64,000 nucleotides of DNA. Source: Aureliella sp. (GTDB lineage Bacteria; Planctomycetota; Planctomycetia; Pirellulales; Pirellulaceae). The stretch spans positions 3,072,001 to 3,136,000 of the forward strand of contig OY829846.1 of NCBI GenBank assembly GCA_963691875.1. Reading direction: 5' to 3'. Position numbers and translations under genes: made by a program. A model generated the notes under the pieces. The model saw only the letters and a list, made by a program, of their open reading frames with translations, ran no database searches and was not told where the DNA came from. Positions 52,993-62,018 of this stretch are shown here, piece by piece (positions within the stretch are counted from its first letter, which is position 1; each line of letters opens with the position of its first letter).

Positions 52993-53196
52993 TTAGGACG
53001 ACTTACGTAGCGTCTTCTGAAGGCTGCGCTGGGTGACGTGGTCCGCGAAATCGGATTCGAGCAGCTTGAGTTCTGCTTCGAGCCAAGCCGGAAAGTCGAC
53101 TTGCTGATTGTCGAGCGGCTTCGTACGGACACTCGGACGGGATTTCCGATGGCTCCCAGACTCGCTTTTGCAATTTGGTAAATCTGGCTTTCCCAT
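52993..53196 (-). CDS. Small hypothetical protein
   Basis: Free-standing 67-aa ORF with an amphipathic helix (FPAWLEAELKLLESDF) and GAGAAG upstream. Confidence 0.5.
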   Translation of the reverse strand: MGKPDLPNCKSESGSHRKSRPSVRTKPLDNQQVDFPAWLEAELKLLESDFADHVTQRSLQKTLRKSS

Positions 53197-53581
53197 CTTC
53201 TCTTCCTCGCAGCAAGGAATGCCGCTCAGGGGGTCTTATCGTCCTTTATTCTCTACTTAAAGGACGTAATCTGAAAATTAAAGTTCATCTTTTGGCGGCA
53301 TTTTGGCGGAAATCGCACCTCCGCCACCACAACGACCGGACTTTGCGTCACTTTTTATCCATGTAGAAAAGCCAGCCGAACCACCTAAAGTAGTGGTAGT
53401 AAGTCGTCCATCGCAATGCCAGACGTCTGCCAATGGGAGCTGACTAGGAAAAGCAAAGATTTTTTTTCCAAACGGCAAAGAAGCGGCTTTGGGCCACGAA
53501 GAACCGTTTGTAAAGCAGTCGAGAAGCTGCCGCGAATCAGAACTCGACTCAGTTAACGAACGGTTTTTCAGGGAAAAGACG

Positions 53582-54409
53582 ATGTGCAAGAAATTCATTG
53601 TTTTGGGTGTTTTGGGTGCTGTTGCTGCAGTTGGTCTGCTCAGCACAGGAGCCATGAGCTATGTGAGGACAGGTTACAACACGGCTTCTGCAGCTGTGAA
53701 GGAGTCGGTACCCATTGACTGGGAAATCAAACGAGCTCGCGACATGATTAAGAGTTTGAAGCCAGAGATAGACAAGAGTCGGGCCTTGGTGGCTCGCGAA
53801 GAAGTGAAAGTGGCTCGCCTCGCGAAAGAAGTTCAAGCCAAAGAAGAGATGCTGGTCCAGAGCCAGAAAGACATCCTTCGCTTAAAGGGTGACTTGGAAG
53901 GCACGACCTCTACACGGTTTGTTTACGCTGGCCGCACCTACACCGCGCAGCAAGTACGGGATGACCTCGAAAGCCGTTTCGACCAATTCAAAGTGGCTGA
54001 AGAAACCACACACAAGTTGTCTCGGGTACTGTTGGCTCGGGAAAAGAATCTAGACGCTGCTCGCCGCAAGCTGGATGGAATGCAGTCCGCCAAGCGTCAG
54101 CTAGAAGTTGAAATCGAAAACCTTCAAGCTCGCCTGACCATGGTCGAAGTTGCTCAGACAAACAACCCTGTCGACCTCGACGACTCGCACTTGAGTCAAA
54201 CACGGGACTTGCTGGACCAGCTTGCTATCCGCATCGAAATGCAAGAAACAATGCACAGCACTGAAGGCGGTTTGGTTGGCAACATCCAGTTGGATGATCC
54301 AAAGTCGCCAGAACTGTTGAACGAAATCGCAAACTACTTCGATGGAACTTCTTCGAAGTCTGAAATCGAAGGCAACTCAGAAGTCTTGCTGAGCAGCAGT
54401 AACGACTAG
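53582..54409 (+). CDS. PspA/IM30-like coiled-coil protein with N-terminal signal or anchor
   Basis: MCKKFIVLGVLGAVAAVGLL; VPIDWEIKRARDMIKSL..., long heptad helices, IENLQARL. Confidence 0.65.
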   Translation: MCKKFIVLGVLGAVAAVGLLSTGAMSYVRTGYNTASAAVKESVPIDWEIKRARDMIKSLKPEIDKSRALVAREEVKVARLAKEVQAKEEMLVQSQKDILRLKGDLEGTTSTRFVYAGRTYTAQQVRDDLESRFDQFKVAEETTHKLSRVLLAREKNLDAARRKLDGMQSAKRQLEVEIENLQARLTMVEVAQTNNPVDLDDSHLSQTRDLLDQLAIRIEMQETMHSTEGGLVGNIQLDDPKSPELLNEIANYFDGTSSKSEIEGNSEVLLSSSND

Positions 54410-54520
54410 CCGGCTAGCGGGAGGTGCTCCAAGGGGACTTGGGGCGTCGCCGAAGTAGTCACTTGCCTAATCAGTAGATTGGCTAATTCGAAATCACATC
54501 GACTTGTTCCTGATTCGCGA

Positions 54521-54563
54521 AGGGCATTGGTACTAGGAGTTTTCTGGTGCCAGTGCCTTTTTT
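54521..54563 (+). terminator. Intrinsic terminator
   Basis: AGGGCATTGGTACTAG / CTGGTGCCAGTGCCTT stem (with G-U pairs) followed by a T run. Confidence 0.75.
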
Positions 54564-54783
54564 ATTCCTCTTCTTCGCGAAGTATTGCCTGCATCGGCGG
54601 CAAACATGCAGCCAGCTGCGACAGTAAAGCACGCACCTGGCTCTGTGTTTGCGGTAAAGACACCGCAGCGGCTCAGTTACAATGGACGGCGTAGAATTGA
54701 AGTTTTGCCGAGTTTCAAAACTCACGTTGATCCTGAAGTGAAAATGGTTAACCCAGTTACGGCAAAATTGGGAGCTGCGAGGG

Positions 54784-55497
54784 ATGATTCGAGCCAGGAG
54801 AGCGATCATGAACGAGCAACGCGATAGCGAGAAAGCGGCCATGTTGCAGAGCACTCAAGGTGCCGTGCCGCAAGCCGGTACGTCGCGAGACGCGATGCTT
54901 CGGTCCAGCTATCCTTCGCAGACGGAAAATCGCATCCTGTGGATCGATGGTGTCGGAGGATTCCTCCTGGTCGAAAGAGACGAAGTTGTTATTGGCCAAG
55001 CGATTTCCGGCAACCAAACCGATATTCGGATTGTGGGAGACGTCAGCCGCCGAGCTGCTTCGATCCGTCGGAGTGGGGGCGACTATTTGCTGCAAGCGTT
55101 TCAGCCTTCCTGGCTTGATGGGCGCAGTGTTGATCGTCCGCAACTACTGCAAGACGGCTCACAGGTGCAGCTCGGCGATTGCGTTCAATTAGGCTTCAAT
55201 CAACCCAATCCTTTGAGCGCGACAGCCAGCTTGCACTTAACCAGTTTGAACAAGTTCAAGCCCAATGTGGACGCCGTTTTGCTGCTGGCAGACTCCTGTA
55301 TCATTGGCCCAGCTGCCGGGAGTCACATTCACTGCCCAACATGGGAAAGTGAACTGCTGATGTTCCGACATGGTGACACTTGGTTTTTCCGAACTCTGCA
55401 ATCTGTGCAAGTTGATGGCAAAGAGCAGGTCGGACAGATTGCTCTTGTGCCTGGTATGCGAATGCAGGGCGAAGATTTTTCTTTGAGTGTCGAGTAG
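54784..55497 (+). CDS. Tandem FHA-like domain protein
   Basis: VVIGQ..DIRIVGDVSRRAASIRR..YLL..LQDGSQVQLG; second unit CIIGP..HIHC. Confidence 0.75.
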   Translation: MIRARRAIMNEQRDSEKAAMLQSTQGAVPQAGTSRDAMLRSSYPSQTENRILWIDGVGGFLLVERDEVVIGQAISGNQTDIRIVGDVSRRAASIRRSGGDYLLQAFQPSWLDGRSVDRPQLLQDGSQVQLGDCVQLGFNQPNPLSATASLHLTSLNKFKPNVDAVLLLADSCIIGPAAGSHIHCPTWESELLMFRHGDTWFFRTLQSVQVDGKEQVGQIALVPGMRMQGEDFSLSVE

Positions 55498-55672
55498 TTT
55501 CCTAGGCCATGTGTTGGTGCCATGTTAGCGCCTAGCGAACAGAGGCAAGCTGCCAATAAAGCTAGGGAAAGAACGAACAGATAAGTCAACGGATTTGTGA
55601 ACTAAGGCAGATCAGGACACCAAGTCACAGCAATCGCGAGGTTACCAGACCGTTTGCTACGACGATGCCAGA

Positions 55673-57850
55673 GTGCAAAATACTATGCTTCAATTTTTAT
55701 CGCCAGAAAAGAAACAAGCCAGTCAAACGCCACAGGATGCAGGCGTCCAGCCCACGCAAGTCAATCCACGCCACCAGGATATTCCGAAACAGGCCCAAGC
55801 CATGAAATTTAGATACGGCAACGGTGATCAACCTCTGAGCGGATTTACAATCAAACGCGGAGTTGGCATCGGTGGCTTCGGTGAAGTCTACTTTGCCATC
55901 AATGAAGCGGGCAAAGAAGTTGCGATCAAGCAAGTCCAGCGCAATTTGGACGTTGAAGTTCGCGGTGTACGGCAGTGCATGAACCTCAAGCACCCGAATT
56001 TGATCGCACTGTACGACATCAAGTTTGATGCCGATGAACAAGGCTGGATTGTAATGGAGTATGTCTCCGGAGCCAGCCTGCGAGACGTCCTTGAACAGCA
56101 CCATCAAGGCTTGCCCTTCGACGAACTTTCCCGTTGGTTCGGCCAGATCGCAGCGGGCGTTGCCTACCTGCATGATCATGGGATTGTTCACCGAGATCTA
56201 AAGCCAGCCAACATTTTTGAAGACGAAGGCATCGTCAAGATTGGCGACTACGGTCTATCTAAGTACATTTCCTGTTCCCGCCGTGGCGGACAAACGGAAA
56301 GCGTCGGAACATTTCACTACATGGCACCCGAGATCGGTAAGGGCGAGTATGGCAAAGAGATCGACATCTACGCACTGGGCGTGATGTTGTATGAGCTGGC
56401 CTCTGGGAATGTTCCCTTCGATGGCGAGAGCAGCCAAGAAATCATCATGAAACACTTGACGGCGGATCCTGACCTGTCGTTGGTCGCGTCACCGATTCGA
56501 GAGGTTGTTGCAAAGGCATTGGCCAAGAATCCAGCTAGTCGATACTCCTCCGTGCGAGAGATGCTCAAGCCTCTGGGGATGGAAGTCGACAATCGCTACC
56601 TGCTAGTGCGAACGCACATAGAGTCTGCACTGCCGCCAATCATTCAGCCGGGCGCCGCTCGAGTGGTGCAGAACGCTCGGGCTGCAGGAACTGCCCGCCA
56701 ACCTGGTCCAGCGACTCAGGCCGCAGCCGCACGAAGTACTCCCAATCCGGCAGCTGCGAGGGAAGAAGATTTGCCACAAGCTGCAACAGTAGAAATCCAA
56801 GAGCCAATTGCTCGTAACTTGCGGGACGGCTGGATGGGACTGAATCGTTGGTGGCACGGACTAGACATGAATCCAAACGCGAAGACGGCCCTATTGATTG
56901 TCGCGATCGTGTTCGCCGCCTTGTACGCTGGAGCCATCGTGCCATTCGTGCTGATCGCTGGCGCCATGTATATCCCCTACTATTGCCTGTGGTGGGTCTT
57001 AAAGGGCCCAAAGAAAACGCTCCGTTCAACTCAGCATTACGCCCAGCCACAAGCCAGTCCAGGCCACACGCCCCCTCAGGTGCAACCGCAAGCCATTCCG
57101 AGGCCGCGTCCTGTTGCGGCGAATCGCCCTTTGAGCATCAAACAATGGCGTGTCGCTCGCCGTGCTCAACTGGGAAAAGCTTCACCGCGAAGCGTTGTCA
57201 GCGAAGTAACCGGAGGCTGGCTTACATCTTTCATCGTGATCGCCGTATTCGGTGCCCTGGCCGCATTGTTCATGCCTGGCTTCGGAATTGCGGATCGAGA
57301 AACAGTTTCGCAACCTTGGTTGATCGGAATGTTCTGGGCCGGCATCACGTCGCTCGCCATCGCCTGGATCGCGATCGCGTTGGGCAAACGTTGGCAAAAG
57401 GAAGAAGGTGACTGGGCCATCCGCTCATTTGTGCAACTAACCTGCGGATTTGCTGTAGGCGGTTTGTCATTCTTACTGTCCGACTTCCTGATCCTACCTT
57501 GGGAGACTATAACCGAGAACGGAATCGGAGACATACCAGCACGTAAACTGACAGGGTTCTTTGATGCCAAGGAACAACCGCTGCTGCCAGCCTACCTTGC
57601 CTTCTTTCCACTGTTGATGGGGGCGGTTTCATGGTGGAAACAAGTAGATCCACTTCGGCCAACGCGCTTCAGCTTCTGGGCGGTGATCTGGAGTGTTGGC
57701 TGTGCATCTGTGATCAGTCTGTTTATCCCATTCCCACAACCTTGGGGAGCACTGGTTGCGGCCGGTGCGTCGATCGCAATTCAGCTTTCCAGCCCTTGGC
57801 TAAACCCAAGCGAGCGTCATAAGGTCAGACAGAAAATGGAGGTGGCTTAA
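55673..57850 (+). CDS. Membrane Ser/Thr protein kinase
   Basis: GIGGFG, VAIK, HRDLKPAN, DYG, GTFHYMAPE; multi-TM C-terminus. Confidence 0.93.
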   Translation: MQNTMLQFLSPEKKQASQTPQDAGVQPTQVNPRHQDIPKQAQAMKFRYGNGDQPLSGFTIKRGVGIGGFGEVYFAINEAGKEVAIKQVQRNLDVEVRGVRQCMNLKHPNLIALYDIKFDADEQGWIVMEYVSGASLRDVLEQHHQGLPFDELSRWFGQIAAGVAYLHDHGIVHRDLKPANIFEDEGIVKIGDYGLSKYISCSRRGGQTESVGTFHYMAPEIGKGEYGKEIDIYALGVMLYELASGNVPFDGESSQEIIMKHLTADPDLSLVASPIREVVAKALAKNPASRYSSVREMLKPLGMEVDNRYLLVRTHIESALPPIIQPGAARVVQNARAAGTARQPGPATQAAAARSTPNPAAAREEDLPQAATVEIQEPIARNLRDGWMGLNRWWHGLDMNPNAKTALLIVAIVFAALYAGAIVPFVLIAGAMYIPYYCLWWVLKGPKKTLRSTQHYAQPQASPGHTPPQVQPQAIPRPRPVAANRPLSIKQWRVARRAQLGKASPRSVVSEVTGGWLTSFIVIAVFGALAALFMPGFGIADRETVSQPWLIGMFWAGITSLAIAWIAIALGKRWQKEEGDWAIRSFVQLTCGFAVGGLSFLLSDFLILPWETITENGIGDIPARKLTGFFDAKEQPLLPAYLAFFPLLMGAVSWWKQVDPLRPTRFSFWAVIWSVGCASVISLFIPFPQPWGALVAAGASIAIQLSSPWLNPSERHKVRQKMEVA

Positions 57851-57851
57851 G

Positions 57852-59126
57852 ATGAGTAATCCATTCACTTATCCCGAGCGTCAACATGAAGAATCCAGTC
57901 GCAAAGATGAATCCATGAAGAGTGAGTCCGTGCGAGCTTCCTTGATCGTTGCTTTTGGGCTGAGCATCGCCATTTTCCTGATGCCACTAAATGTCAGGCT
58001 AAGTTGTGGGCAGGATGGTGTTTCGCTGGCTGTGGAGAAACCGGCCCAAGGGCAAGCCCCAATCCCACCTGTGCCGCCGGCCATTCCCCCGATTGCCGAG
58101 GAGTCTGCAGCAGTGGTTTCTGGAGCTGAGATCTCCAGCGAAGAGGAGATCGGCTTGGGTGCGGCCATCGAAGCCAGCGAACAGAAGCTCACGAATGCAG
58201 CATCCGAAGAACCTGTACCTTTGTCCGTCGCACCGAGAGAGCCAATCTATCCTGACGACATGCCAGCCTGGATCAATCAGGCCCCTGACTACTCGACTCC
58301 GATTCATAGACTGTTCGTTGGATCAGAACCAGTCGCTGACGAAGCAGATTTGGATCAAGCTTTGCAGATTCCATTGATGGCAGCCGTACTTGATTACTTG
58401 GATGACCAGGTCTTTCACGAAGATGGCGTAGCATCGGAGCTTGGCATTACAGCCGATTATATCCAATCAAACTTAGTCTCTAACCACAACGGATATACCG
58501 TTGCTCTTAATTCGCTTGACGGGAAGATGTATGAGAAGTGGGTGACTTTGGAGATTCACCCGTTGCAAAGAGCCAACTTTGAGCGCATGCGAGCCGAGGC
58601 AACGCGACTATCACGCATTCCCGTTGTCCTCCTGTGTTTGCTTGGTGTGGTAGGAATCATGGGAATTTCGCACCTCTTTCTCAGACGCGGCAACAGCTTG
58701 CCAACCCAGGAGCCCCTGGCAGGCCAAAATCTGGTAGCCCAAGAAATGCCAGCACGCCAAAGTCGAGGAAATGCTGGGGTGGCTAGCGTTGCGATCGGCC
58801 TCATTTTCACGGGCGGAGTCCTCCTTATTGGCGGCATGCTGTTTCTGAGCTTGTTTGCATTTGGGGTGGAACGCCATTTCCGAGACGATGCTTTTCCACG
58901 AACAATGGTCGGGCCGAACGTACAGGTCGAGGTTTCTGACCAGATCGGACAGTCCATCAAGGAGGCCATCAGCGAACATGTGCAGGTCTTGCCTGAGGGC
59001 GGCGTGGTAATCACCACTAGCGATGGTTCAGTGATTAAGACACAATCAGAAGGTCGATCCGTCACAGAATCTGTGATTCAGTCGGGAGGCCAAACCATCA
59101 TCGAGCGACGTCAATACAGTCCATGA
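57852..59126 (+). CDS. Hypothetical membrane protein in the kinase-ECF operon
   Basis: Three hydrophobic segments; abuts the kinase and overlaps the ECF gene (ATGA). Confidence 0.75.
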   Translation: MSNPFTYPERQHEESSRKDESMKSESVRASLIVAFGLSIAIFLMPLNVRLSCGQDGVSLAVEKPAQGQAPIPPVPPAIPPIAEESAAVVSGAEISSEEEIGLGAAIEASEQKLTNAASEEPVPLSVAPREPIYPDDMPAWINQAPDYSTPIHRLFVGSEPVADEADLDQALQIPLMAAVLDYLDDQVFHEDGVASELGITADYIQSNLVSNHNGYTVALNSLDGKMYEKWVTLEIHPLQRANFERMRAEATRLSRIPVVLLCLLGVVGIMGISHLFLRRGNSLPTQEPLAGQNLVAQEMPARQSRGNAGVASVAIGLIFTGGVLLIGGMLFLSLFAFGVERHFRDDAFPRTMVGPNVQVEVSDQIGQSIKEAISEHVQVLPEGGVVITTSDGSVIKTQSEGRSVTESVIQSGGQTIIERRQYSP

Positions 59127-59773
59127 GCAAATCCACTGGTGCAGATGAGATCCTGGTCGACAGGATCGGGCAAGGAGACGAACAGGCTTGGGAAGAATTG
59201 ATCGGACGCTACGAAGGGCGTCTACTGGCTTTTGTCGACAGCCGTCTTCGCAATCGAAGCACTAGTGAAGATATCGTCCAAGAAACCTTTGTGGGCTTTC
59301 TGAATAGCTTGCCGAACTACGACCGCAAGCGCCCCTTGGAAAGCTATCTTTTTTCGATTTGCGCCTACAAGCTGACAGACCATCTTCGTCGCGAAGGTAG
59401 GAGACCTGCTATTTCACTAACTCAGAACTCGACGGACAACTCCTCCTCACCCTGGCAGATCGTCTCTGGGCGCGCCCGCGGCGCAAGTACTATTGCTCGA
59501 AGTGGTGAACGCAAGAACCTCGAAGAAGTCGCTATTGTCGAGGCCTTGCAAAGTCAAATCGACAAATGGAAGGAACGCGGCGACTGGACGAAGCTCAAGT
59601 GTATCGAGATGCTCTTTATCCTAGGGATGGCTAACAAGGAAACGGCAGAGCTGCTAGACATCACCGAACAGCAAGTCGCCAACTTCAAGTTTGATTTTAT
59701 CGCCAGGACGAAGGCTCTCGTGGGGCGTCAAGATCTCAACTCCGAAGTCTTTCCCGAATTGGTCGGCGATTAA
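59123..59773 (+). CDS. ECF sigma-70 factor, kinase-associated type
   Basis: GDEQAWEELIGRY, TSEDIVQETF, YLFSI..KLTDHLR, NKETAELLDITEQQV. Confidence 0.92.
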   Translation: MSKSTGADEILVDRIGQGDEQAWEELIGRYEGRLLAFVDSRLRNRSTSEDIVQETFVGFLNSLPNYDRKRPLESYLFSICAYKLTDHLRREGRRPAISLTQNSTDNSSSPWQIVSGRARGASTIARSGERKNLEEVAIVEALQSQIDKWKERGDWTKLKCIEMLFILGMANKETAELLDITEQQVANFKFDFIARTKALVGRQDLNSEVFPELVGD

Positions 59774-59807
59774 GGCCACGGTACAGAAGTCGGCAAGACT
59801 TCACTAC

Positions 59808-60593
59808 TCAACGTGCGGTCCAACCGCCATCTACCATGAGCAGACTGCCTGTTGTGTAACTGCTCGCTCGGCTCGCCAAGTAAATCGCCGCTCCTTGAAT
59901 TTCCTCAAGTTCACCCCAGCGTTCCAACGCCACGGCACCGACGATGAACTTCTTTGCCTCTTCGCTATCGGCGATGGGTATGTTCATCTCCGTCAGAAAA
60001 GGACCTGGGCAAATGGCATTGCAAGTAATCCCGTATTCGGCGAGTTCTAGCCCAAGTGCCCGAGTCATCTGAACCACGGCGCCCTTGCTACTGGCGTAGG
60101 GAGTGCGATTGGCCAAGCCAACTACGCCTAGCGTGCTGGCAACGTTGACGATGCGTCCGTAACCCGCCTTCTTCATGTACTGCACAACGGCTCGGTTGGT
60201 TTTCCAAGTCCCGTTGACATTAATTCGCATGACTTCTTCGAACTGCTCTGGCTCCAATTCATCGATGGGGCCGCGGATATTGATACCTGCGCTGTTGATC
60301 ACAATGTCAACTTTCGCCCAATGCCGAATCGCTTCAGCGACAAAGAAATCGACTTGTTCTGAAGAAGTCACATCTGCCGCGACACCGATCGCCTCAACAT
60401 CGAATTGTTTGGAGATGGCATCAGCTGATTGCTTGGCTTGCTCCGCGTTGCGACTGACTAACATCACTTTGGCACCAGCCGAAGCGAGTCCCGCAGCCAT
60501 GGCAAGACCGAGGCCTTTAGAACCGCCAGTGACAATTGCAGTTTGGTCATCCATGCGAAAGGCCGACAAGCCGGGCCAGTTGACGTTGTTCAT
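59808..60593 (-). CDS. Short-chain dehydrogenase/reductase
   Basis: TGGSKGLG, NSAG, YASSK, NAICPG, VDGGW. Confidence 0.95.
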   Translation of the reverse strand: MNNVNWPGLSAFRMDDQTAIVTGGSKGLGLAMAAGLASAGAKVMLVSRNAEQAKQSADAISKQFDVEAIGVAADVTSSEQVDFFVAEAIRHWAKVDIVINSAGINIRGPIDELEPEQFEEVMRINVNGTWKTNRAVVQYMKKAGYGRIVNVASTLGVVGLANRTPYASSKGAVVQMTRALGLELAEYGITCNAICPGPFLTEMNIPIADSEEAKKFIVGAVALERWGELEEIQGAAIYLASRASSYTTGSLLMVDGGWTAR

Positions 60594-60834
60594 GGTGATT
60601 CTTGATCCTGTTAGTTTTTGCAGCCACGAAGATCACTCTCGCTTCCTCGAGGGATAGCTCGCTTCCGAAGCAAGACGTCACATGACGATGGACGTTATAA
60701 GAATCGGGCTGGCTGTGAAGCGCTTGGGCGGCACAGCACAGAGCGTAACATAAATGCTTAAATCCATGCGAGGGTCCTGGTCACCAGTTGAGTGTTGCTC
60801 TAAGTTGCTGAAGGACTCGAAAGGAACAACAGCT

Positions 60835-61539
60835 ATGAAATCGCTTCGCCCCGTCAAAATTAAACGTAAATACACACGCTCCAGCCCCGGGAGTGTGCTC
60901 TATCAATCTGGTGAGACAATCGTGCTTTGCACAGCCAGTATCGAAACCAAGGTTCCACCTTGGTTAGAGGGCTCGGGCAAGGGCTGGGTGACAGCAGAGT
61001 ACAACATGCTGCCGCACAGTACCAACAAACGCAAGAAGCGAGATCGTGGCAAAGTGGATGGGCGCACGACTGAAATCCAACGGCTGATCGGACGTAGCCT
61101 GCGGGCTATCATCGACTTGCATAAGCTCGGTGAACGCATGGTCACGGTTGATTGCGATGTTCTACAGGCTGATGGCGGCACGAGAACTGCCAGTATTACC
61201 GGTGGTTTTCTAGCGTTAGCTGACGCACTGTATCCTGACTTCAAGAAGACCCCTCCAGCCGAACATCCACTGCACGATAGCGTCGCCGCAATTAGCGTTG
61301 GCATCGTTGGCGGCAAACCGGTTTTGGACCTCGACTATGAAGCAGATTTTGCCGCCGAAGTCGACATGAATGTGGTCATGACCGGGAGCGGAAAATTTGT
61401 CGAAATCCAAGGCACGGGTGAAGAGGCCACGTTTGACGACGCACAGCTCACTTCGATGCTGAAACTGGCTCGTAGCGGTATCAAGCAGCTGACTGAGAAA
61501 CAGAAGACTGCTCTTGGTAAACAATGGCCGCTCGCATAG
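60835..61539 (+). CDS. rph: Ribonuclease PH
   Basis: [51 protein letters not shown]. Confidence 0.97.
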   Translation: MKSLRPVKIKRKYTRSSPGSVLYQSGETIVLCTASIETKVPPWLEGSGKGWVTAEYNMLPHSTNKRKKRDRGKVDGRTTEIQRLIGRSLRAIIDLHKLGERMVTVDCDVLQADGGTRTASITGGFLALADALYPDFKKTPPAEHPLHDSVAAISVGIVGGKPVLDLDYEADFAAEVDMNVVMTGSGKFVEIQGTGEEATFDDAQLTSMLKLARSGIKQLTEKQKTALGKQWPLA

Positions 61540-61593
61540 TAGTCGACCCCAAGAGAAGAAAATCAGTGGGTAGCAATCATGATTATGGTAAGC

Positions 61594-61733
61594 CGCATCG
61601 GCGTCGGCCGGTTGCATACCACGCCGTAGATGGCCTGCTCGTATAGCTCCGCAAACTCTTGCCACGCCTGAACATCGCTCGAGCCTGCGATTCGCAGTAC
61701 CAAGCTGATTCGTGTTTCAGGCAGTGGGGGCAC
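61594..61733 (-). pseudogene. N-terminal remnant of an ECF sigma factor
   Basis: VPPLPETRISLVLRIAGSSDVQAWQEFAELYEQAIY, frameshift, RRGMQPADAD, then similarity ends. Confidence 0.75.
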
Positions 61734-61760
61734 GAGTATCAGGCAGTGGTGGCACGAGTA
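61717..61760. repeat. 22-bp tandem duplication
   Basis: TCAGGCAGTGG(G/T)GGCACGAGTA twice, one mismatch. Confidence 0.9.
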
Positions 61761-61934
61761 ACCAACATGAGAAAAGAATGGACCTGAGCTTTAAAAGTAC
61801 ACGCGAGAACCATGCGAAGCGAAGTTGACTCACAGAATTCCCGCCCGCACAGGAAGACACTCGTTGCGGAAGTCCTCAACTGACAGCGAGATATGAGAAT
61901 CTCAAAATAGACGATTTCAGCTGGAGCGCACGAA

Positions 61935-61965
61935 GAAAGGCTGACCCCAAACGAGTCAGCCTTTC
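61935..61965 (-). terminator. Intrinsic terminator of the YTV gene
   Basis: GAAAGGCTGAC / GTCAGCCTTTC 11-bp stem; second 9-bp hairpin at 61986-62007. Confidence 0.7.
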
Positions 61966-62018
61966 GAATTTCCAGGTATACTCTCTCAGCTAAGTTGCCT
62001 TAGCTGAAGCCAATCAGC

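Noticed and set aside
61717..61760. Possible CRISPR or mini-array
   Set aside because: Two adjacent units only, no spacer, no cas genes
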